From: Bdellovibrionales bacterium
Lineage (GTDB): Bacteria; Bdellovibrionota; Bdellovibrionia; Bdellovibrionales; UBA1609
Assembly: GCA_963692945.1 (NCBI GenBank)
Contig: OY843585.1
Location: 1,110,001 to 1,142,000 of the forward strand
Direction: 5' to 3'
Length of the DNA: 32,000 nucleotides
In this document: positions 12,472-19,394 of the stretch, one piece after another
Position numbering within the stretch: the first letter of the stretch is position 1
Layout: each line of letters opens with the position of its first letter
Made by a program: the position numbers and the translations under genes
The notes under the pieces: generated by a model
Database searches by the model: none
Told to the model about the DNA's origin: nothing
What the model saw: only the letters and a program-made list of their open reading frames with translations

Positions 12472-12876
12472 TTACTTAACTTCTACTTTAGCACCTGTTT
12501 TTTCCAAACTGGTTTTAATTTTATTAACCTCTTCTTTAGACACTCCTGTTTTTAAAGGTTTTGGAGCTCCTTCTACAAGATCTTTAGCCTCTTTAAGACC
12601 TAATCCTGTAATCACTCGCACTTCTTTAATCACAGCAATTTTATTACCTCCAACACTTGCTAAAACAACATCAAATTCTGTTTTTTCTTCCACATCTGCT
12701 GCTGCTCCTGCTCCAGGAACACCTGCAGCAACGGGTGCTACTGGAGACACTCCCCATTTATCTTGAATCTTTTTAGTAAAATCTACCAATTCAATCACAG
12801 GAAGACTAGATAGATAATCAATCACCTTGTCTTTACTTAGTTCTGTCGTTTTTTTGCTTTTACTTGGTTCTGCCAT
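12472..12876 (-). CDS. rplL: 50S ribosomal protein L7/L12
   Basis: 134 aa with an Ala/Gly/Pro hinge ([13 protein letters not shown]) and a C-terminal domain [18 protein letters not shown]. Confidence 0.96.
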   Translation of the reverse strand: MAEPSKSKKTTELSKDKVIDYLSSLPVIELVDFTKKIQDKWGVSPVAPVAAGVPGAGAAADVEEKTEFDVVLASVGGNKIAVIKEVRVITGLGLKEAKDLVEGAPKPLKTGVSKEEVNKIKTSLEKTGAKVEVK

Positions 12877-12905
12877 TTTTTTTCTCCTTTTTTTTATTGT
12901 TAATT

Positions 12906-13433
12906 TTAATTCCCTTTGTTTTTATAAGCATTTAATAACCTTACACAATCTTCAGGAACAGCCTGAAGAGTCCCCAAAAAATTTGTAAGTGGTGCTGTCA
13001 ACAAACCCACAAGTTGAGCACGTAAAATCTCTAGAGATGGAAGTGTAGATAAAACTTTAACTTCTTTTTCTGTCACTACAGACCCATCTAAAACTCCACA
13101 TTTAATTTTAAAAACTTCATTCTCTTTAGACATTTCATTCATAACTTTAGCCACACCAACAACATCATCATCAAAAGCTAAAACGAAAGCATTTGGACCA
13201 TCCAATTGAGATTCATAAACGGATTTCAATTCAGAATGTTTATCCAGAACTAAACGAGCAAGAGTGTTACGAATGACTTTAATATCTGCTTTATTTTGTT
13301 TTAATTTTTTTCTGAAATTTGTCATTTCTTCAACATTTAATCCAATACAATTCACTAAAAAACTAGATTTTGCTTTTCCAAGACTATCTGAGAGATGAGT
13401 CACTTGATTTTGTTTAATACTTTTTGTTATCAT
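12906..13433 (-). CDS. rplJ: 50S ribosomal protein L10
   Basis: L10-like ([11 protein letters not shown]) and positioned between rplA and rplL. The ORF track starts at a TTG (13463) that overlaps rplA. The internal ATG ([10 protein letters not shown]...) matches normal L10 N-termini better and removes the overlap. The start is uncertain. Confidence 0.88.
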   Translation of the reverse strand: MITKSIKQNQVTHLSDSLGKAKSSFLVNCIGLNVEEMTNFRKKLKQNKADIKVIRNTLARLVLDKHSELKSVYESQLDGPNAFVLAFDDDVVGVAKVMNEMSKENEVFKIKCGVLDGSVVTEKEVKVLSTLPSLEILRAQLVGLLTAPLTNFLGTLQAVPEDCVRLLNAYKNKGN

Positions 13434-13434
13434 T

Positions 13435-14130
13435 CTAAACAGCCTCTTTTTGTGTTTCTGCAATATTTAAAATCACACCAGGCCCCATTGTAGAAGACAT
13501 AGATATAAATTTTAAATAAACACCCTTACTTGTTTTAGGTTTTTGTTTAATGATTTCTCCAGATAAAGACAAATAGTTTTGTTTGATTTGATCAAAACCC
13601 ATTGATTTTTTACCAATAGAAGTATGAATGATTCCATTTTTTTCTACACGAAAAGAAGCCTTACCTTTTTTCTCTGCCTCTACAGATTGAGAAACCTTTG
13701 TTGTAACACTTCCTGTTTTTGGACTAGGCATTAAACCTTTCGGGCCTAAAATTTTAGCCACTTTCGCAACAACAGGCATCATCTCAGGAGTAGCAATCAC
13801 ACGATCAAAATCTAACCAACCCCCTTTTATTTTTTCTACAAGATCTTCTGCTCCAACATGGTCAGCACCAGCTTTTGTAGCCTCTTCTTGTTCTCCTTTA
13901 GCAAAAACCAATACACGAACTTCTTTACCCAACCCATGAGGAAGTGATAAAGACCCTCTCACTTGTTGGTCTGATTGTTTAGAATCTACACCTAATTGAA
14001 TAGCCACATCTATAGATTCATTAAAAGATGTTGTTGCTGTATCTAAAACCAATTTGATGCCTTCATCAAGATCATAAACCTTATCCACTTCCACTTTCTT
14101 TTTAGCCTCTTTATATCTTTTATTGGACAT
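13435..14130 (-). CDS. rplA: 50S ribosomal protein L1
   Basis: L1-like ([24 protein letters not shown]). The track start is a TTG at 14136 overlapping the rplK stop. The ATG two codons later ([11 protein letters not shown]) is the more likely start. Confidence 0.93.
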   Translation of the reverse strand: MSNKRYKEAKKKVEVDKVYDLDEGIKLVLDTATTSFNESIDVAIQLGVDSKQSDQQVRGSLSLPHGLGKEVRVLVFAKGEQEEATKAGADHVGAEDLVEKIKGGWLDFDRVIATPEMMPVVAKVAKILGPKGLMPSPKTGSVTTKVSQSVEAEKKGKASFRVEKNGIIHTSIGKKSMGFDQIKQNYLSLSGEIIKQKPKTSKGVYLKFISMSSTMGPGVILNIAETQKEAV

Positions 14131-14132
14131 AA

Positions 14133-14567
14133 TCAAACAACCTCTAAACCCATACTTTTAGCAGAACCACAAACTTGAGATTTAGCTGCTTCTAAATCCA
14201 AGCAATTAAGATCAGGAAGTTTTACTTTTGCAATCTGTTCCACTTGAGCTTCTGTGATTTTTCCAACTTTCTCTTTTTGTGGCATTTTTGATCCACTCTT
14301 CAAACTCATGGCTTTTTTCAAAAGTACAGAAACAGGGGGGGTCTTCGTGATAAAACTAAAAGAACGATCCTGATAAACAGTAATGATCACAGGGATAGTG
14401 GTATTGCCTTCTTTTTGAGTTTTAGCATTGAACTGCTTACAAAAATCCATAATATTAACACCATGTTGACCAAGAGCAGGCCCAACAGGTGGTGCTGGAT
14501 TGGCTTTCCCAGCTGGAATTTGTAGCTTGATATATCCTGTGATTTTCTTCAATGATTTTTTTGCCAT
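14133..14567 (-). CDS. rplK: 50S ribosomal protein L11
   Basis: 144 aa containing [22 protein letters not shown]. Confidence 0.96.
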   Translation of the reverse strand: MAKKSLKKITGYIKLQIPAGKANPAPPVGPALGQHGVNIMDFCKQFNAKTQKEGNTTIPVIITVYQDRSFSFITKTPPVSVLLKKAMSLKSGSKMPQKEKVGKITEAQVEQIAKVKLPDLNCLDLEAAKSQVCGSAKSMGLEVV

Positions 14568-14579
14568 AATTACAATCCT

Positions 14580-15119
14580 CTAATTTTCTCTATGCACTTG
14601 TTCAAAATCAAACTCTACAGGAGTGGGTCTTCCAAAAATACTTACAGAGACCTTCACTCGTCCTTTTTCTTTATTCACTTCCTCTACAACACCATTAAAA
14701 TTTTTAAATGGTCCGTCTATAACTAAAACAGCATCCCCTTCTGAAAAAGTAATTTTTGTTTGAGGATTGTTTGCTCCATCTTTAATTTTTTGCTCAATGA
14801 TATCCAGCTGCTCAGATGGAACTTCTTTCGGTTTTGACTTCGTTCCACCCACAAAATGACTCACATTGGGAGCACTCTTAATAACATGCCAGAGCTCATC
14901 GCTCAACTTCATTTGTAAAAAAATGTAGCCTGGGTATATTTTTTTGGCACAAGTGACTTTTTTACCCTTAGAAATCTCAACAACATCTCTTTTAGGCACA
15001 AGAATCGTCTTCACTCTATCTTGAATTTTCCTTGTCTTTATTATAGTTTCAATAACAGACTTTGCTTTTGCTTCGCAATTAGTCCTTGTCTTTAAAATGT
15101 ACCACTTAAAATCTTCCAC
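14580..15119 (-). CDS. nusG: Transcription termination/antitermination factor NusG
   Basis: 179 aa with an NGN-type N-terminus (WYILKT) and a C-terminal KOW motif (GDAVLVIDGPFKNFNGVVEEV). Lies between secE and rplK. Confidence 0.94.
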   Translation of the reverse strand: MEDFKWYILKTRTNCEAKAKSVIETIIKTRKIQDRVKTILVPKRDVVEISKGKKVTCAKKIYPGYIFLQMKLSDELWHVIKSAPNVSHFVGGTKSKPKEVPSEQLDIIEQKIKDGANNPQTKITFSEGDAVLVIDGPFKNFNGVVEEVNKEKGRVKVSVSIFGRPTPVEFDFEQVHREN

Positions 15120-15125
15120 AATCTC

Positions 15126-15506
15126 TTACTCCATAAAAAAACGGACACCCGTCCCTGCCACTAAATCAAAAAGACCTAATACGACACCAGAAACAATCAA
15201 AATAATACAAACAACTGTTGTCATAGAATAAAGTTCTTTTTTTGTAGGCCATACCACCTTACGCACTTCTGTCACCACTTCATCTGCCAATGTTCTATAG
15301 GAATCTCTAAATTGAAGAAGAGTAAATACAAATAAACCTGTAGAGATAGGAATACCATGACGGAAAACATCCATACTGTAATAGGCTGCAAAAAAACCAA
15401 CGGCCACAGAAAGAGTCTCAAAGATAACTCTGGCTACATAAGCCATTAAAAAAGAAAAAATAACAAAACTAACTGTTACAATCTTTAAATTTTCTGGCTT
15501 AACCAA
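15126..15506 (-). CDS. secE: Preprotein translocase subunit SecE (three-TM form)
   Basis: 126 aa with three hydrophobic segments and a conserved C-terminal part (EVRKVVWPTKKELYSMTTVV). TTG start preceded by AAGGAGAG. Lies directly upstream of nusG. Confidence 0.88.
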   Translation of the reverse strand: MVKPENLKIVTVSFVIFSFLMAYVARVIFETLSVAVGFFAAYYSMDVFRHGIPISTGLFVFTLLQFRDSYRTLADEVVTEVRKVVWPTKKELYSMTTVVCIILIVSGVVLGLFDLVAGTGVRFFME

Positions 15507-15584
15507 AATAACTCTCCTTCTTTTTAAAAGTAAAAAGATTTAAAATGGAAAAAATATGATTTACCCTCTTAATTAACACTTCTA

Positions 15585-15611
15585 ATTATTTAAAATCCTC
15601 TATAAAGTCAA
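15585..15611 (-). promoter_or_regulatory. Candidate sigma-70 promoter for the secE-nusG-rpl-rpo block
   Basis: On the minus strand: TTGACT (complement of 15606-15611), a 15-nt spacer, then AATAAT (complement of 15585-15590), ~80 nt upstream of the secE start. Hexamer matching in AT-rich DNA is weak evidence. Confidence 0.25.
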
Positions 15612-15836
15612 CTCTTTAAAAAATAGTAAGAATTTAACATATAGCATTAAAAAATAAGATACAAGAGGTTTTTAAACTATTTTAGATACCTCTTTCTAGC
15701 CTAAATTTCCGAAATGCGAACCATCTTCTAAAAATCCTTATTTCAAGAAAAATATCTAGAAAAAGGCTTTTCTTAGTGCTAATTATTTTTATTACAACTC
15801 ATCTTTACTTGAAAAAGGCTTAGAAAAGGAGGCTTC

Positions 15837-17096
15837 ATGTTAACAATTAAGATTGATCATAACTACAAAAACCAGTCTGTCGGATTTTTGAACTGGTCTA
15901 AAGAAAAACACAATGAACAAATAGAGGTTAAAAACTTTTTAAGCATTGGACGAGAAGCAAAAAATCTTTTGACCTTAGATGATAGCTGTATTTCTCGCCA
16001 TCATGCCAGAATTGAAAAAAAAGAAGACTCAGGTTTCTTTATTTTAAAAGATATGAATAGTCGCAACGGGGTCTTTTTAAATGGAAACCGTATTTATCAG
16101 GCTGTCCTCAGTCATAATGATAAGATTCAAATAGGAAATGTCTCATTTACTTTTTCTTATGAAAAATACAACCCTAGATGGCTATTCAACTCCAGAAGTT
16201 TCAATGAAAAATGGAATCAACAATTAAGCCGCATCCCCCACCTTGCTCAAACAGATTGTCCTATTTTAATTCTAGGTCCTTCTGGAACAGGAAAAGAAAT
16301 CGTAGCTCAAATGATTCATAAAAACTCCCATAGAAACAAAGCCCCCCTTGTAAGTGTTAATTGCAGTGCCTTGACAGAAAGTCTTGTGGAAAGTGAACTT
16401 TTTGGACATACAAAAGGAAGTTACACAGGAGCTATTAAAGATCGTAAAGGAGCTTTTATAGCTGCAACAAATGGAACTTTATTTCTAGATGAAATAGGAG
16501 ATCTTCCTTTAAATCTTCAACCTAAATTTCTTCGTGCCATTGAATATCAAGAAATCAAACCTGTAGGATCTGATAATAATTTAAAAACAAATGTTAGAGT
16601 TATTTCTGCCACTCATCAAGATTTAAAAAGTAAATCTGAAGAAAAAGAATTTAGAGAAGACCTCTATTATCGTTTAAATGTTGTCTCTATTTCTATCCCT
16701 GCTCTAAAAGATAGAATGGAAGATTTTGAACCCTTACTTCATAACTTCACTTTAAAAGAAGGAGTTGTATTCTCCACAAAAGCCATTGATATTTTAAAAA
16801 GTTATTCTTGGCCAGGAAACATTCGTGAATTAAAAAACACAGTGTCTCGTGCTAAGGCTCTTTTTAGAAATGAAGTCATAGATGAAGAAAAAACATCTTT
16901 TATTTTACATCAAGGAGAAAAAGAACAAAACACAGCTATAACTTTAAAAAAGTTAGAAAAAAAAGCAATCATCACTTCTTTAAAAAGATTTAAAGGCAAT
17001 CAAAGCAAAGCAGCTCTCACTTTAGATATTCCTAGAAGCACGCTTTATGATCGTATTCAAGAACATGGTATCAATGTGAAAGAATTTAAATTGTAG
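15837..17096 (+). CDS. Sigma-54-dependent transcriptional activator with N-terminal FHA domain
   Basis: 419 aa with an FHA signature (LSIGREAKN...SRHHARIE...NSRNGVFLNGNRI), AAA+ Walker A GPSGTGKE, Walker B LFLDEIGD, a sigma-54 contact loop variant GSYTGA, and a C-terminal Fis-type HTH (NQSKAALTLDIPRSTLYDRI). AAGGAGG lies 5 nt before the ATG. Confidence 0.92.
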   Translation: MLTIKIDHNYKNQSVGFLNWSKEKHNEQIEVKNFLSIGREAKNLLTLDDSCISRHHARIEKKEDSGFFILKDMNSRNGVFLNGNRIYQAVLSHNDKIQIGNVSFTFSYEKYNPRWLFNSRSFNEKWNQQLSRIPHLAQTDCPILILGPSGTGKEIVAQMIHKNSHRNKAPLVSVNCSALTESLVESELFGHTKGSYTGAIKDRKGAFIAATNGTLFLDEIGDLPLNLQPKFLRAIEYQEIKPVGSDNNLKTNVRVISATHQDLKSKSEEKEFREDLYYRLNVVSISIPALKDRMEDFEPLLHNFTLKEGVVFSTKAIDILKSYSWPGNIRELKNTVSRAKALFRNEVIDEEKTSFILHQGEKEQNTAITLKKLEKKAIITSLKRFKGNQSKAALTLDIPRSTLYDRIQEHGINVKEFKL

Positions 17097-17121
17097 GAGA
17101 GTGCTCTTCAAATCTCGTGAA

Positions 17122-17157
17122 AACAAACATTAAGGCTGTACAACCTTAATGTTTGTT
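17122..17157. terminator. Bidirectional stem-loop between convergent genes
   Basis: Perfect 14-bp stem AACAAACATTAAGG (17122-17135) / CCTTAATGTTTGTT (17144-17157) with an 8-nt loop. It lies between the stop of the sigma-54 activator (17096) and the stop of the 133-aa gene (17175). It is AT-rich and lacks a clean U-tract. Confidence 0.55.
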
Positions 17158-17174
17158 AATGTTTGTTTCTTTAA

Positions 17175-17576
17175 TTATAGACTTTGTTTTAAAAGCTGTT
17201 CTATTTTTGCTAGCCTTATTTTCATTTTTTTGCAGTATTTTTCAACTGCAAATAAACCTTTTCTAGCATGTGCCGTACTACCTGGAAAACGTTTGTCATT
17301 GGCGACTTTTATACTATGTTTCCAGAGACGTTTTCCTCTAATGCATCTTTCATTACTTACTGTTTTAAGATTTTTCAAATTTTGTTGCATCATCTGTATG
17401 TGAGTTCCCAATTTTTGCACTTGAGAGTTAAAAGTGATCACTAACTTTTCTCCTTCTATATCTGGTCCATGTAAACCAATACCTACACCTACATTACCTT
17501 CTGGTATTCTTCTGCTATTATTTTTAGCAAATGCAATACCACTTAAAAATGGTATTAAAATAATAAATAGTTTCAT
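17175..17576 (-). CDS. Small secreted hypothetical protein
   Basis: 133 aa with signal peptide MKLFIILIPFLSGIAFA and a basic helical C-terminus. A strong SD (AAAGGAGGAAGT) lies directly upstream of the ATG. No family recognised. Confidence 0.7.
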   Translation of the reverse strand: MKLFIILIPFLSGIAFAKNNSRRIPEGNVGVGIGLHGPDIEGEKLVITFNSQVQKLGTHIQMMQQNLKNLKTVSNERCIRGKRLWKHSIKVANDKRFPGSTAHARKGLFAVEKYCKKMKIRLAKIEQLLKQSL

Positions 17577-17618
17577 AACTTCCTCCTTTTTGTTTAGTTA
17601 TTATCATAGAAATACAAT

Positions 17619-17627
17619 GGGGGGGGG
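17619..17627. repeat. G9 (C9 on the minus strand) homopolymer tract
   Basis: aatgggggggggtaga, 43-51 nt upstream of the ATG at 17576. The same 16-mer context occurs at 30777-30792. Confidence 0.9.
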
Positions 17628-17693
17628 TAGAGTCAAACTTAAACAAAATTAAGTTGTATTTTTTTATTTAAATTTAGATATAAGTCCAGAAAG

Positions 17694-17751
17694 TTTTTTT
17701 CACTAAATCACTAGCAAAACACTGCAAAGGAGCATTGATAGCCGCTTTAAG
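17694..17751 (-). pseudogene. polA 3'-region fragment (remnant)
   Basis: By my hand alignment, 52 of 57 aligned nt are identical to polA 23222-23293, apart from one 15-nt in-frame gap. It translates to LKAAINAPLQCFASDLVKK, against polA LKAAIERAAINAPLQGSASDLVKK. No ORF surrounds it. Confidence 0.75.
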
Positions 17752-17819
17752 CAAAGTTATAGAATCTTATTTGATCTCTCATTTAAAAAGGAGGTTCTCC
17801 AAATTCACCAGATTTTTTA

Positions 17820-19211
17820 TCAATATCTTCCTTTTTTATTTTTTTTAATAATCTCCAGAAAGTTTTTTTTATTTTTGGATACAATGGATTCCATTTCTTT
17901 TTTATTCCAAATATGATTGTAAGCTTTTTTATAAGAGTTCATTTTATCTTTGATTTCAAAATCATCTGAAATTACATTTATATTTACTGAATAACTTAAT
18001 TTATTAAATTCCATTTCAAATAATAAAGTCAGATCAAAATCTTCTTCACTTGGTTTATAATTTTTATACATAACTTTTAAAATTATTTTTTTATTTATAT
18101 AATCTTCAGAAAAAGTTTCTGTATTTACAAAATCTTCAAAAGAAGAGAAAATTTGTTGTATCTCATTTGGTGGAACTTCTGTTAAAATAGGATGCCCTTC
18201 TTCTATATATAACTTTATTTTTTTAGAACAAAAAACCGTATCAAAAGTGTCAAATTTCCTATAAAGAATATTAAAAAAAGGTTTAAAAAAATTATCAAAT
18301 AAAACTTCTTTTGTATTGATATCCAGTAAAGTAATGTTTTCTTGTTCCTCTCGTATAAATTCCTCAGCTTCTTTATCCACGTCTTCAGGCTCACTTATAT
18401 CTTCACCTTTTGCAGCTTTAATACCTATTTCTAGCCATTGAATTAAAACTTGACCTATATATATAGCCAAAGCATCTACACTTCCCGTATCAGTCTTGTT
18501 TAAAGCAATAAGATAGTTTTCTCTATCACTGCTTTTAATTATTAAGGGTGGGTAGCCAAGTTTTAACAATATATAATTTAATAAAACTCTAGCAATTCTA
18601 CCATTCCCATCATCAAATGGATGAATTAAAAGAAACTCATGATGTGATTTCGCTAGAAAAGAAGAAATTGAAAGAGTTTTTTGTTCAAGCTCTTTGTTAA
18701 CCCACTTCATCAATTCTTCCATTTTTGCAGGCACTTCTTCAGGTTCGGCAAATTTAAATATTTCTCCTGTACTGGTTTTTACATGATTAGGCTGACTTTT
18801 ATATTTGCCAGGAATAATTTCTTTTTGAACTTCTATTCCATCTGATGTTTGAGCTTTTTTAAAAAATGGTTCTTTTAAAATAATCTTATTAAAATCTCTA
18901 ATATCAGCCTCTGTTAATGGGTAAGTTTCAGTTTTAGCCAATTCTTGAATTTTTTTTATAACCACATCATGAGATTTCATCTCATTGTAATTTCTTTCTA
19001 AATGACCTCCTTCCATCCTTCCAAAAATAAGAAGAAGCTCTGTTTCTCCATAAGTTAAAGTATTACCTTCTATTTTATTTGAATGGTAATTCCAATCTAA
19101 CCTGATTTTTTTATCCAATATCTCTTGATATTCTGATTTTAAAGGCTGAAATTCTTTCCACTTTTTAAACAAATCTTCAATTTTCTTATTTATTTCTTTT
19201 AATTCTTTCAT
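17820..19211 (-). CDS. Fic family protein (AMPylase-type, class II with N-terminal inhibitory motif) plus uncharacterised C-terminal domain
   Basis: 463 aa with the canonical Fic motif HPFDDGNGRIAR (aa 197-208) and the inhibitory-helix motif S-x-x-x-E-G as SNKIEG (aa 44-49). About 190 C-terminal residues have no recognisable motif. Confidence 0.9.
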   Translation of the reverse strand: MKELKEINKKIEDLFKKWKEFQPLKSEYQEILDKKIRLDWNYHSNKIEGNTLTYGETELLLIFGRMEGGHLERNYNEMKSHDVVIKKIQELAKTETYPLTEADIRDFNKIILKEPFFKKAQTSDGIEVQKEIIPGKYKSQPNHVKTSTGEIFKFAEPEEVPAKMEELMKWVNKELEQKTLSISSFLAKSHHEFLLIHPFDDGNGRIARVLLNYILLKLGYPPLIIKSSDRENYLIALNKTDTGSVDALAIYIGQVLIQWLEIGIKAAKGEDISEPEDVDKEAEEFIREEQENITLLDINTKEVLFDNFFKPFFNILYRKFDTFDTVFCSKKIKLYIEEGHPILTEVPPNEIQQIFSSFEDFVNTETFSEDYINKKIILKVMYKNYKPSEEDFDLTLLFEMEFNKLSYSVNINVISDDFEIKDKMNSYKKAYNHIWNKKEMESIVSKNKKNFLEIIKKNKKGRY

Positions 19212-19333
19212 TGTTAAATTTCCTTTTTTAAATCTCTCAAGGATATTATGTTATTCATTTATTTAATAAACTAAGTTTAATATTAGCATAAAATAAAAGA
19301 AAAATGGTAGCCATTAAATTAAAAAAATAGTTA

Positions 19334-19394
19334 TTCTTCTCCTTGTTGCGATGAAAAGCTCGTGAAAATAAAAATTCACACACTAGAGTTTTGT
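19334..19394. repeat. Partial copy of the MITE-like element (one end)
   Basis: ctcgtgaaaataaaa...ctagagttttgt matches the reverse complement of the left end of the 22853-23024 element. The terminal CTAGAGTTTTGT (19383-19394) abuts the stop codon of the HEAT-like gene. Confidence 0.6.

Noticed and set aside
13434-13463. N-terminal extensions from the longest-ORF TTG starts of rplJ (13463) and rplA (14136), and the ATG at 31475 of the pilin
   Set aside because: The extensions overlap the upstream genes and add residues absent from typical L10, L1 and prepilin N-termini. Internal ATG starts give canonical N-termini.
14335-14341. A G7 run as a third phase-variation tract
   Set aside because: It lies inside essential rplK, where it encodes the conserved Thr-Pro-Pro (ACC CCC CCT). 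It is shorter and lacks the shared flanks of the two G9 tracts.
17149-17652. Plus-strand ORFs 17149-17403 and 17434-17652
   Set aside because: They are antisense to the SD-bearing, signal-peptide-containing 133-aa gene (17175-17576). They have low-complexity translations and no ribosome-binding sites.
17787-17794. A strong plus-strand AAAGGAGG just before the Fic stop, as the SD of an unannotated small gene
   Set aside because: No ATG, GTG or TTG lies within a usable distance downstream, and the following frame is antisense to fic.
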